Source of the DNA: the human T2T-CHM13v2.0 reference genome, Homo sapiens
Assembly (NCBI RefSeq): GCF_009914755.1
Contig: NC_060934.1
Length of the DNA stretch: 64,000 bases
Strand: one strand, 5' to 3'
Shown here one piece after another: positions 1 through 12,424 of this stretch. The translations under genes were made by a program, and so were the position numbers. The stretch's first letter is position 1, and every line of letters starts with the position of its first letter. The notes beneath the pieces were generated by a model. It was not told where the DNA came from. It ran no database searches and saw only the letters and a program-made list of their open reading frames with translations.

Positions 1-279
1 AATCCCTCAATCCTCAACACTATACATTTACTTTGTTTTCCCCTTCAGAGCCCAGAAGAAGGGCCATTCAGAGCAGGCACCACCTCTGATCCCCTGATAT
101 AATCTGGCCCAGGGTCTTCTGTCATACTCCCTTGCCATCTTTTAATGAATGACTTTTGTCCTCTGTTTAAAGTGAGCATCATCACCATGTCTGTTTTCCA
201 AGGGGTGAGAGGCCAGAGGAGGGCAAGCAGCTTTGTTGTAGGAAATAGACTCAGAATAGTATAGGGCTATGAGTCATTG

Positions 280-1755
280 ATATAAGGATAAGACCCCAAA
301 TCATATAGGGATATGACCCATTGTTATAGGGACATGACACATTGTTACAAGGAAATGACACATTGTTACAAGGATATGACACATCGTTATAAGGATATGA
401 CCCATGGTTATAGGGATGCAACACGTTGTTACAGGGATAGGATACATTGTTACAGAGATATGACCCATTGTTACAGGTATGCACATTGTTATAAGTATAT
501 GACCAATGGTTATAGGGATGCAACACGTTGTTACAGGAATAGGATACATTGTTATAGAGATATGACCCACTGTTACAGGTATGCACATTGTTATAGGGAT
601 ACGACCCATGGTTATAGAGATGCAACGTGCTGTTACAGGGATAGGATACATTGTTATGGAGATATGACCCATTGTTACAGGTATACACATTGTTATAATG
701 ATATGACACATGGTTATAGGGAGGCAACACGTTGTTACAGGAATAGGATACATTGTTTTAGAGATATGACCCATTGTTACAGGTATACACATTGTTAAAA
801 GGATATGACCCATGGTTATAGGGATGCAACATGTTGTTACAGTGATAGGATACATTGTTACAGAGATATGACCCATTGTTACAGGTATGAACATTGTTAT
901 AGGGATGTGGCCCATTCTTATAGGGATATAAACCATTGTTATAGGGATATAACCCAGAATTATATAGTGATACAGCCCATTGTTATGGGGATATGATCCA
1001 TAATTATGTAGGGACATCACCCATTTTTATAGGGACAACCCATTGTTATTGGGATATGACCATGAATTATATAGGCATGTGAACATTTATTACAGTGATA
1101 GTACCCATTATTATAAGGCTGTTACCCAGAATTACATAGAGATATGACTGATTGTTTTAGAGATATGACCCAGAATCGTATAGAGATACGAACCATTGTT
1201 ATAGGAATATGGCCTAGAATAACATAAGGATATGGCCCATTGTTATATGGGCATATACCCCTTTATTATAGTGATATTACCCATTGTTATAGGGATATGC
1301 CCCATTATTAGAAGGTTATTACCCAGAATTACATAGGAATATGACTGATTGTTTTAGGGATAAGACCTATTTTTGTAGGGATATGACCCAGAATCATATA
1401 GGAATATGACCCATTCGTGTAGGGTTATGACCTAGAATCATATAGGGATGTGACTCTTTCTTATAGAGATATGACCCAGAATCATATAGGGATATGACCC
1501 ATTGTTATAGGGATATGACTCAGAATCATATAGGGATATAGCCCATTGCTATAGGGATATGACTCAGAATCATACAGGGATATAGCCCATTGTTATAGGG
1601 ATATGACTCAGAATCATATAGGGATATAGCCCATTGCTATAGGGATATGACTCAGAATCATATGGGGATATGACCCATTGTTATAGGGCTATGACAGAAT
1701 CATATAGGGATATGACTCAGAATCATATAGGGATCTGACCCATTGTTATAGGAAT
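280..1755. repeat. Degenerate minisatellite, ~21-bp monomer (GGGATATGACCCATTGTTATA) with higher-order units
   Basis: The monomer recurs throughout. A 102-bp higher-order period is visible (TAGGGATGCAAC-type unit at 411, 513, 615, 717, 819), and a 44-bp dimer period distally (1510, 1554, 1598). Confidence 0.95.
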
Positions 1756-1989
1756 GTGATCCTTTCATTTAGTTATTCATCCCAGAAATCACACACATCA
1801 CTTCTGTTCATAACTTATCAACCAGGACCTAACTGCAAGGAAACCCAGATGTGTAGACTCCATGCGTAGGGAAGTTCCAGAAGTGTTAATATAATATGAA
1901 ATAAAGGAGGGAACTGAGTAGATTTGTCAAAGTAACACTGCAGATCAGCAGGTAAAATATCATGCCGTAAATATTTGGTACAATTTGGT

Positions 1990-2720
1990 GGCTAAAGGCA
2001 AAATTAAGTAAAATTTTACATTTCTGACTTATACTTTATACCAAAATAAATTCAAAGATGATCATTACATTTCTGACTTATACTTTATACCAAAATAAAT
2101 TCAAAGATGATCAAAGGTGTAAAAAAAAAAGGCCCGATACATTTAGTGGAAGTAAAAAGAGGAATAATCCTTTTCATAATATTAATGTAACAAAAAAAAA
2201 TCTATAAATGGTAAGGCAGTTAAATTTGCCTGCACGCAAATTTGGAATTTCAACATAGAAACACACATATATGCACATAGAGAGGGAAAAACAAGTGACA
2301 CCTTATAGAGAAACATTTGTAATATTCTTCAGAGATAGAAGATTCATTTCCTTAACAGATAGAAGGTTCTTCCATGGCAATATATTCAACTGTGCGCATA
2401 ACTCAACTCACTACAGAGGAATGAATGAGAAGCTTAAAAATCTTAAAGAAGAAAAAAAGAAAATGTCTCTAAAACACATAAACTGAAAATATTGCCTGTT
2501 TTTACAATCCAGTTTGCCAAGATCAAAACATTTTATTTTGTATCGTGTTTTCCACAGGTGGGGACACAGGCGTTCTCTTCCATCATTAGTGGGGTTATAA
2601 ATGGTGCCCTCTTTATAGGACATTTTGGCAGGTACCCTAATAACACACACTCTTGATTGAAAAAATTTAGTATAGTAAGTTATCCCACTGACATATTTAC
2701 ATATGTTAAAAAAAAGTAAA
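1990..2720 (+). mobile_element. Ancient L1 (L1M/L1ME-type) ORF2 3' fragment
   Basis: Degenerate matches to L1 ORF2 end motifs (CTTATACTTTATACCAAAATAAATTCAAAGATGATCAAAG; GTGGGGTTATAAATGGTGCCC...TTTTGGCAG). Boundaries approximate. Confidence 0.6.
2016..2113. repeat. Perfect 49-bp tandem duplication
   Basis: TTACATTTCTGACTTATACTTTATACCAAAATAAATTCAAAGATGATCA at 2016-2064 and 2065-2113. Confidence 0.95.
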
Positions 2721-2869
2721 TTACCCAAAGCCTGTGCGCCATATCAAAATATTAGGAACTATGTACATTCTAGGATACTACACACTTCTCGTTTATCTCT
2801 CCTTCATCTCGGGTTTCTCCTTTCAATCTGATTTATTAATTCCTCGTCATCCTCTCAATGGTAAACTGT

Positions 2870-3130
2870 GCCAAAATCCAGCCCCAAGACTCCTTGTCTT
2901 CTTTCTTTCCTCCCATTCTTTTGAGGAGTCACCTACTATCATAAATAGTGTGTAATGCTGATAAGTCTCCAAATTATATGTTCATCCTGGATTCTTCCCT
3001 GTACTCAAGGTTCATATATCCAACTGATTTCTCTTAATTTCCTGACGGGTCCCTCCATGATAGTTAGTCCTAAGTGAATTGCTGATATTTCCAACTCTGC
3101 CTCCTAACAGTGAAATATTTTTCAGTCTCA
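2870..3130 (+). mobile_element. L2 LINE fragment (RT region)
   Basis: TGCTGATAAGTCTCCAAATTATATG...TCATATATCCAACTG resembles the L2 YADDSQIYIS...HISNC region. Confidence 0.6.
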
Positions 3131-3149
3131 GAAAAATAGAACAATCTGG

Positions 3150-3440
3150 TCATGTACTTCAACATGAATGGAAATTGTGCTGAGTGCAATAAAGCCAGCC
3201 ACAAAAGAGCAAATAGCATATGGTCCCACTCTACGAACCACCTAAAGTCAAAATCATAGAAATGGAAAGCAGTGAGGTGGTTGCCAAGGCCTGGGGGAAG
3301 TAGGGGGAATTATGGTTTACTGCAAGCCAAGTTTTGCTTGTGCAGGATGAAAAGGATCTGAAGCTCTGCTGTGCAGAGAGGGGAATGTACTGCACGCTGC
3401 TGATCGGTGCACTTAAAAACGGTTAAGATGGTATAAAGTG
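3150..3440 (+). mobile_element. L1MB-type 3' UTR fragment
   Basis: GCTGAGTGCAATAAAGCCAGCCACAAAAGAGCAAATA...GTGGTTGCCAAGGCCTGGGG...GCACTTAAAAACGGTTAAGATGGTA is a typical L1MB 3' end. Confidence 0.8.
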
Positions 3441-6400
3441 TGTCGTGCCTCTGCTCGATTTTAGTGATACAAAGATCACAAGGAATACATGCTCCCTTTT
3501 TATACGGCGTCCATAGAAAGATGGAGTAGGAGATAAATTGAACAAAGAAAAGTTAAGTGATTGCAATTCAGATAAGAACTATGGAGATGCAGAGAGTGTT
3601 ATGAAAATTATCAACAGGGCACTTGACTTTGTGGCAAGTAGTCTGTATACACAATTACTTTATAAAGGCTTAAATGTATGAATTATTTATAAATGTCCAA
3701 TATAGCTTTCTACTGTAATTGTTCAACAATATACTACATCATTCCCTGCGCAGTTTGTATCAGATTGTGCTGCCATAAGAATTTGGTGAGGAAAGACATA
3801 CAGAAAGACAATCGCAGTGCCTGACATGGGCTAGATCAGTAAAGAGTAGCTGTGATGTCTGGTACTATTGGTGGTTGCAGCCAGATGGTAGCAGCATATA
3901 TTAAAATTATAATTTGTCTGGATGTTGAGAGCTGCAAAAACAACTATAACTCTTTTCCTAATCATGAACTATTTAATGAATTTTTCCCTGTGAAGAGCTT
4001 GGAACAGTGGCTGGCACATGACAACTATTACACTTATTACCCATGCTATTAACATTGTTACAATTATTATTACTATTGTTACAGGCATTCTTTAGGGAGA
4101 GACGTGTTTCTTGCCATTTCCAAACAACCAATAATTGCTTGTGGCTCTTTTTTAAGCAGTTTATCACAGGAAAATTCTGCATGTGCTTCTGGTTTGCCCT
4201 GGCCGCGTCTCCATCTGTTACTCAGTTTCTCTCATGGATTCGCAACCCACATTCAACTGCCTTTTCAACTTGCAAAAGGGTCTTGTTTTTTGCATGACTC
4301 TTTATTTTTAATCATAAAAAGTAACCATTTTGTGTGCTCGTTTTTCTTTGTCCTACAAGGATATAGCGTACTAACCTTTATTCAGTGCTGAGTCATTTGA
4401 CATTTGATTATTTTATTTATGGAACATCTCTCTTTTCGGGCACGGGACCACCAGCTGCTTAAAATCTTTGATATTGTCTTTGCCTCTGTCACCCTCACTA
4501 GAGGTTGAGTTCTTTGTGCCATTTTCTTTTACACAGACAGCAGGATGTTGTTTATCCAGTAGGCGTAAATATGCATGTGACATGGCCTGGGGTGGCGGGG
4601 GTCTCACCAGAATGCAGACCCTGGATGGTGAGTGAGGTTGGTTAACCACCAAAGAACGTATGCATTCAGACATCAACATAATTGTCCCTCCTATACCTGT
4701 GGTTTCTTGAGAATAGTCAAATTTGGAGATATGAATTTTTGAATCCCACGTACTTGTTTACTACTAAAGTACAGTAATGTTTATTCTAAATACTCAGCAA
4801 AATATGGCTTCCTTTTAACGCACATTTTGAGTTTCTGGGTCAAATCTCAGAAACCATTGATGTATTAGAGTTTAAGTTAGAAAATGCCACAACAAACAAT
4901 AAATCAACTAATTAGAAATCACAGTCATGGCAAGAATGGCCAGAACATAGACAGGATGTTGCTATTTATCCAACTGGGACAGAACATCTTGTTCGTCATC
5001 TTCCAACCTTTATGTCAGTTGGAAAATATTGATTTATGTTTCATCACTTTGTTTAATGATGTAAAAATAGAAAATATTTTAGATAAAAGATTATTTATGC
5101 ATTATTTTTAGATTTTCTTCTTTCCCAAACATTAGAACATGTGATCGCTGAGGAACCCCATCCCCTAGAGAAAGCTTTGCCATGCATGAGATGAGATATA
5201 TGCATTCAATAAGCAAATGAGCAAATGGCTAATTATCATTCATGGATCTATTTATCTCCATCAGAAAGTTGGGCCCTAAGAAACAGGTAGGATTGGTCGA
5301 CAGGATGGTGGAGCTATGCCAGGTGGCAGAAAGAAGACGGTGTATGGCAGGGTGAGAAAGGTGTGTGCGTTTCTGGGAGAGAAGAGAAGAAGACAAGGTA
5401 TCCCTGGATGATCAGAGTGAGGGAGCTGGCGGAATAGAGCATTTCCAAAAGCCTTTTCATTGCTTTTTTCTCACTATATGCAACATTTTACAACTTTTTA
5501 GGTGGCTTATGTTTATGGCCCAAATTGAAATGAACATGAGTAATAGCAAAATCCAACAAGAATTTCAAATTTAGTAATGTAGGAGGCAGAATAATTTTAT
5601 TAGAAATTAAACACACACCAAAATAAAATATCTTGGCATGCGACAATGTTACTATGCATCACCAACATTAAAATCTGCCTTCTGCATTGTTGCTCTGAAG
5701 GTCTATATGACTCTTGAAAAATAGTTTATGCTTAATTCTGTGTTAATCTGAGAGAACGCCATTGCATTGATTTGCGACACCATCCATAAGGAACATAGAT
5801 GTTTGCCTGACTCCAGCTTCCCAGAAGAATGGATTTGAGTACGACAGTCACATTTCTGAACAAAAATGATCTGTTGGGCTACATACATCATGACAAATAG
5901 TTCCTATACACCAGGTTGCAGATTTAAAATAAATTGACTGCTCGGTGATAAATTCCTGGAGTAGGAGAAGAGGTCAGTGCACATGAAAACACTGGCATAA
6001 CCTCACCTACAGAGATACGGATGGTTCTCTACAGCTACAATTATTTCATAATGGGCAGGAGGGTTTATCAGGCTAAACAGACCATATGGTGAAATGAATC
6101 CTTAAATTGAAAACAGAAAGACATTTTTAAATTGTCAAAGAGGAGGTAAAGTCATCGACACATTTCTATAAAGCACAAGAGCAAAAAAATCTGAAAAGCT
6201 AAAATATGGCAAGGTAAAAAGCACACACGCACACACAGTTCAGGACCCTGCTGATGATAAAGTTTGAAATTTAAAAAAGTACTTAACTTTTGACCTCCGT
6301 GGATTTAGCGCATGAGAAAATTAGAGAAATATGATTTCTGTGATGTTTTAAACCACGGTTCTGTCTAATTATGCATAGTGTTTTGGTCATGTTTTGATCG

Positions 6401-7383
6401 CCCCAAAGAAGAAAAAAAAATAGCTCGCTTGATTGGCAGACAGCACAAATAGATAAGAAAACTCGGTCGTTGCCACTAGACAAGGTTTGTTGCCAACGTG
6501 GGCGCCCCTCTGTAAGGACAATGGACTTTAAAAGACCATGTAAAAGTCGCATTAGGCTGTTGGTGAAGTTCAATCTAAAAGGGGATAAACATTCTAAATT
6601 CCTCGATTTTCTTTTTACTCTTAACTTCTTTTACTCTTAACTTAGAATACGAAGAGGAGAGCTCACTTGTTCATGATGTTGCCTTTACTCCTCTAATAAA
6701 CACCTTACCTGCTGAGGGAAAGGACAGGTGTTTGTCAATCTTTTGTTTATTAGGAAATAAAAGACCCACGAGCCCCAACTGCAAGAAAAATAGGGAACTG
6801 GCTTGAATATGGCATCTGCTCTCCTCTAATGTAATTTCTCCAGCTTAATTGCTTTCCGACAGCAATCTCTGGATTTTTCAGAAGCCTTCTGTCCAATATT
6901 TAGCCACAGAAGATTCTCCTAGACCTCTTTCTTGGTGACAAAAACAGAACATTTAAATTATATGGCTATACATAACATTTTTTATTTAAGCATTTACTAT
7001 TTTATATGTGTGTGTCTCTGTCGACTTTAGGTATATTAATCATAACAGGCTGATGGTGGAAGGCCCAGAAATATCTTTGAATGTGCATCAGAAGTGAATC
7101 CCATTATCTTATCTAGAGCTTCATTAAATATACAAACCCATACAAAAGCAAACAACTCTGCTATTCCATCTCGATTTATGGAATTTGAAGTTTTTCTCTA
7201 GTACAAAGACTGCTTCCCATTAGAGTTTAGAAACTCAGAGAAATTGCAGAGAAAATTATAGTCATTTGGAGCCAAAACACGTGCCCATGTAATTAATTTG
7301 ATGAAGAAATATATAGGGACTTTACTTCTATTTTTTTTTCTGTGAAGAGAGTAAAAAATATTAGATTAGAAAATAGCACTTCT

Positions 7384-7592
7384 TTTTCTTTAAAAAAAAG
7401 ATTATACTTTAAGTTCTGAGGTACATGTGCAGAACGTGTAGGTATGTTACATAGGTATACATGTGCCATGGTGGCTTGCTGCACCCATGAACACGTCACC
7501 CACATTAGGTATTTCTCCTAATGTTATCCCTCCCGTAGCCCCCCACCCCCCGACAGGCCCCGGTGTGTGATGTTTCCTTCCTTACGTCCATG
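7384..7592 (-). mobile_element. L1PA (about PA5-PA8) 3' UTR fragment; inverted part of a composite insertion
   Basis: ATTATACTTTAAGTTCTGAGGTACATGTGCAGAACGTG...CCCCGACAGGCCCCGGTGTGTGATG is the reverse complement of the L1PA 3' terminus. Confidence 0.92.
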
Positions 7593-7680
7593 AAAAATTA
7601 TACTTAGATCACATATGAAAATGGTACTATTTTTGACATGCTAGGTAAATAAAATATATTATTTGAAAAAAAAGAAAGAA
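7593..7680 (+). other. Non-L1 segment (MER3/MER33-like) with AATAAA and A-tail; candidate 3' transduction
   Basis: AATAAA at 7648-7653, A-rich tail from 7666, followed by a repeat of the flanking AGCACTTCT. Confidence 0.55.
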
Positions 7681-8089
7681 CAGCACTTCTGTGGGCACAG
7701 AAGAATTTAGATTAAAATCACATCTGCTTTTAGAAGGAGCTGGGCTCTTCTCAGAATTTAAATCTCTGTAAACAATCAAATCACTGTAGAGTTTTATCTT
7801 AGTCCTTTTTATTCTGTCCCAGATTTTATTTTTGAGTCAACTCAGCTGTATGCTGGATCATGCCTGTCCATTTCAGAATGTCGGAGAACAAAAAATCCGT
7901 GTTCCGAATTCCCTCTGATTTCAGGAACATTTGTACCCAATTATATTGGTTAGTTGACATTCTGTTTAATATTTTGATTTCAGGGAAAATCTCTCTCTTT
8001 GATAGTGTAGAACCAGTGATGTGGTAATTCATTTAGTCTCTTATAGTATCATCTCATATGATATGGGTAAAAATACTATCAAGAGTGAT

Positions 8090-8270
8090 ATTTTTTGGGC
8101 TAAATTATATTCCATTGTTTGTGTGTGTGTGTGTGCTATGCAAACATATGTGTGTATATGTATATATATCACAATTCATTTATCCATTCCTCTGCCAACA
8201 GACACTTTGGTAAGCACAACGTCTTGCCTATTACGAATAATGCTGCAATGAAAATGAAGGCGCAGATATA
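8090..8270 (-). mobile_element. L1MA-type fragment (inverted 5' part)
   Basis: ATATTCCATTG...TTTATCCATTC...GAATAATGCTGCAATGAAAATG is antisense to the L1 ORF2 end/3' UTR. Confidence 0.75.
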
Positions 8271-8339
8271 TTTATTATTATTGTTATATTATTATTATAT
8301 CTTATTATCAAGGTAGTGATTTTTGGGTAGACCAAAGGA

Positions 8340-8718
8340 AGGCAGTATTCTAAATAAAAAAAGCAACACAGAAGGAAAAGTACTGCATGATTTTACTTAC
8401 GTGTGAAATCTAAAACAAAAGATAAAACTTAGGTATGTAGAAACAGGGAGTAGAATGGTGCTTACCAGATGCTGGGGCTGGGATATGAGCACAGATATAT
8501 CAAAGCATAGAAAATGTAAACTATGTAGGATGAATATGTTTTAGGAACATAACGTACAGTGTGAGGACTACAGTTAATAATATTGTAGTCTGGACATTTG
8601 CTGAGAGTAGATTTTAGGTGTTTTTATGACACGTGTAAAAGGTAACTGTAGCAATCATTTCACAATGTACCTGTGTATCAAAGCAGCGTGATATGCACCT
8701 TAAAGAGATACAATATAA
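8340..8718 (+). mobile_element. L1MA (MA8/9-like) 3' UTR
   Basis: TACTGCATGATTTTACTTACGTGTGAAATCTAAAA...GACTACAGTTAATAATATTGTA...TTTGCTGAGAGTAGATTTTAGGTG...ATCATTTCACAATGTA. Confidence 0.82.
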
Positions 8719-9008
8719 ACTAGTGATAATTGCACCTTTGTACTGCTGGGAAACACACAAATACCCTCATAATCATAAAACTTGGAAACGTTGAAATAGA
8801 AGAATTTGTGGCTTTGTACGTGATAAAATGTCTTAAATGAACCGTTGATGACTTCCATTGATTTATCTTGGTAATCTGGATGGTTCTTCCCAACACCTTC
8901 AGCTTAAATTTCTCTACCTCTAAACAGAGAGTTGATTGGTTTGAGCTTATGGTCAGGCATGGTTATACAATTGTGCTGTCATCTTACTTTTGCAATTACT
9001 ATTACATT

Positions 9009-9480
9009 TGTGGTGGTTAATGCTGAGTGTCAACTTGATTGGATTGAATGATGCAAAGTATTGACGGTGGGTGTGTCTGTGAGGGTGTGTCCAAAGGAGA
9101 TTAACATTTGAGTCAGTGGACTGGGAGAGGCAGACCCACCTCAATCTGGGTGGGTATCATCTAACTGCCAGTGCAGCTAGAATAAAGCAGGCAGGAGAAG
9201 ATGGAAGAGCAGACTTGCTGAGTCTTCTGGCGTTCATCTTTCTCCCGTGCTGGATGCTTCCTGCTATAGAACATCATGCTCCAAGTTCTTCGGCTTTTGG
9301 ACTCTCGGACTCACGCTAGTGATTTGCCAGGGGCTCTCGGGCCTTCGGCCACAGACAAGGCTGCACTGTTGGCTTCCCTAATTTTGGGGTTTTGGGACTT
9401 GGACTGATCCACCTACTGGCCTCCTTGCTCCTCAGCTTGCACACAGACTGTTTTGGGTCTTCACCCTGTGACCCTGTGAG
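9009..9480 (+). mobile_element. MLT2A (HERVL LTR), 3'-truncated
   Basis: Starts TGTGGTGGTTAATGCTGAGTGTCAACTTGATTGGATTGAATGATGCAAAGTATTG, the MLT2A 5' end. Similarity stops at ...ACCCTGTGAG. Confidence 0.9.
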
Positions 9481-9604
9481 CTTTTTTGTGAGTGCCTAGG
9501 GAAAGCCCCACACACTTTAGGCAGAGGGTGCAGCTGCCTAATGTGTGAGCCGCAGGAACTGGAACGCTATCGACTTATGAATCTCTATAGTTTAAACTTA
9601 AATG

Positions 9605-9745
9605 TCAAGAGCAAGAACTGTGGAGTCAAACAATCCCAGGGTTAGATACCATCTCTGTTCTTTGCTATATATATATTCTCAAACCATTTCCTCCTCTTCT
9701 CCAATCTTCCCTCTCATTATCTTAAAATGGGCTAACATCCATTGC
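9605..9745 (+). mobile_element. MIR fragment
   Basis: AAGAGCAAGAACTGTGGAGTCAAAC...CTCATTATCTTAAAATGGG resembles the MIR 5'/core region. Confidence 0.5.
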
Positions 9746-11989
9746 GCAGGGAAGATGCACAGACTCCAGCAGTGAACGTGGTGCAGGGAGCCCCTGGGGT
9801 GTCAGCAGAGCAGAGCTAGGGTGTCAGCAGAGGCAGTTATGCAGGTGCTGAGGGTAGCTGCAGAGCAGAACAGGAGGTTCCACCTACGTTTTCCCCTCAG
9901 TTGCATTTGGTCATTGATTTCCTGCACTGCCTCACAGTGGAAAGAGGAAACACTTTTGTTTGAAGAATATGTGTGCCTTTATCTTAAAGGACTGTAGTGG
10001 AGAGGTCTTAGACAATTCTATTCATCTATATGGCCTTGTTTTCTTATCTGCAGAAACTATTACTAGTATCTGTACCTCATGGAGTCTATTGGTATCAAGA
10101 GACTGTATTGAAAACTGCATAAACTAACGTAAGTGAAAATGAATTACAAAATCCTGAAGACCTTCAATTATTTATTTTGTTCAAATGTTTAATTAGATTC
10201 TGGACTTGTGATTAAATGAAGCAAGTAATCACCACCTGAGAAGTTGTTAATATGTAGATTTTTTTTACTCCTTGATCCAAAAGGTAGCTTTGGAGAAGAA
10301 ATTTTATGGTAAATATACCTTCACCTTTTAAAACACCCCAAATCACGTCACGTTGGTGATCAGAGGACCGCATTTTGGAAATATATAAACTAGATAAGAA
10401 CCCGAAGCCATGTAGGAAAACAAAAAAGTGCTGCAGGGATGGAGCGGAGAGAGGTCTAAGATTGGCAGGAGACCATGAGCTTAAATTATGGTAAATAGTA
10501 GTTAATCTCAAGCAGTTATTTCTGTCCTACACGGTTGATTTTTTTCTATAGGAATAAAGTTGATTTATTGTGTAACTTAAAATATACCCAATGGATAAAC
10601 TCATTCCAGACCAAAATAAACAAATAAATTAATAGCAGCAATAAATAAACAAATATCAGCCAAAATAAACAAACAAATAAAAGTTACAAATAACACATAG
10701 ATGTGAGGTCCCAACTATAAGTTGAAGCACTTATATTAGAAGACCTCAGAATCTCCCAAACAGTTTAAAATCCATCAGGTAAGAAGCCAAAATCAAGTTA
10801 GAATTTAAACTTTCACATCTAAACCATTGGTTTTACTTTTCTTTCCCCCTGTAGGATTGAAGCTTCAAGTCCTAGTAAATTAAGAGTAGTTTGGTTCAGG
10901 ATGAGTTGCACCTAATTGACACCATTGCTGAAAAAAAATTTGTCAACTATATTTAACATCTAATTATTTAAAAGACTGTTTATTAAGTAATATAATTAGT
11001 ATTTCAAGCAGACTCCTTAACATTTATTTTCAAGAACAGGAATATTTTACTGTAAAGTTTGGCCACTTGTACCATCCATAACAGCACTTGGATTCCCGAT
11101 GATAACTTTCTGAAAAACAGGAGGTTAAATATTATAAACATGCCCGTAATATTTTAGATAAAATGATCTAACTTGTTTTTTAAAGCTACTGTAAAGCATG
11201 ACCTATAAAAACAGATACACGTACATACCATGAGATTATTGCCCCCGTTCCTTCCATTTTATAGTCCTCATTCGTCACACTGAGTTCAGAAGACCCAGAG
11301 AGAGACCCTCTTAAGCTGAGAAAGGAGAGGATGTGGAGGATGTCAACAGGCTCCGTGTGGTTGCAAATCACAGCAGCACCAGGAATCCAGTGGTCCTGCG
11401 GTAGCTCTAACACTCAGAAAACAGGACGCAGGGCAGAGCTTACGCAGGGTGATTGACAGAGCTGCACCAGTGAGAAACCAGGTTTGAAAACCAGGATAAA
11501 CTATGGCCTTAGAACAAAAGCAGAGAGGGTAGGGAAGGGATTTCAATCAAAGAGAGGGGCAGTAAGAGGAAAGAAACAGAGACAGGTCCTGCCCTGAATT
11601 CCTCCACTTTAACGACAAACATTGACAGCTCTCAGGCTGCTCATGGCTGAACTGCCCTTACGGAATTACAGCAGCAGACTCTGCAGCATAATATCTCAAC
11701 ATAAAAAGGAAAATTTCAGGAGAAATGAACCTATCAAGAAATCGAAAATCCAAAGCATTGAATAAGTCATTCATGCAAATGATAAAGGAATCAACATTTG
11801 AGATGTGAAATTGGAGTTAGGGAAAACTGAATGTATGTTAGTCTAATCCCTAGGGAAAATGACAGGTATCAGTAAAGAGAAGAAAACATCAAAGAAAGAA
11901 TAAACAAGGCGGTGTGAAATAGTCCAAATGTATTTACCACTGAATATTTTCTTAAGCAGCATCTCTAGGGACCAGAGATTTAAGAAATA

Positions 11990-12420
11990 ATGTTTGGAAA
12001 GTACTGCGCTAGAAGCATTTCCATTACAATCAGGAAATATAATTTTTCAAAATGTTTTCTATAGTACAAATTTTAACTTTGATTTGAAAATACTGGACAA
12101 TGCAAATGGGAGACAAAATAAAATAAAGTAGTAAATATTGGTAGGGTTGAAGTACTGTCATTATTATATGTAGACAAATTGATTTTCTAATGTATAAACT
12201 CAATAGATTTTATAACATTTCCCCTTGTTTTTTTTATTGTATGGATGGTATATGTCAAAACACAAAAGGATTAATGATGATGTTGAAGGTCAAAACACTT
12301 TACATAATAATAAAAGACAATTTTAATTTTTATACATATGCTAAATACTAGGCCAGTAAGAAAGTATAAAATAAAACTCTAGTCACATTGATCATAGTTA
12401 AATTAATTATATATTAAGAA
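11990..12420 (+). mobile_element. Ancient L1 ORF2 (RT) fragment
   Basis: CTAGAAGCATTTCCATTACAATCAGGAA...TACTGGACAATGCAA...CTGTCATTATTATATGTAGAC is a degenerate match to the L1 RT region upstream of the FADD motif. Confidence 0.55.
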
Positions 12421-12424
12421 CAAA

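Noticed and set aside
251-1020. Overlapping 159-239 aa ORFs on both strands
   Set aside because: They are artefacts of a tandem repeat whose units (21, 18, 102 bp) are multiples of 3. The peptides are low-complexity and have no gene context.
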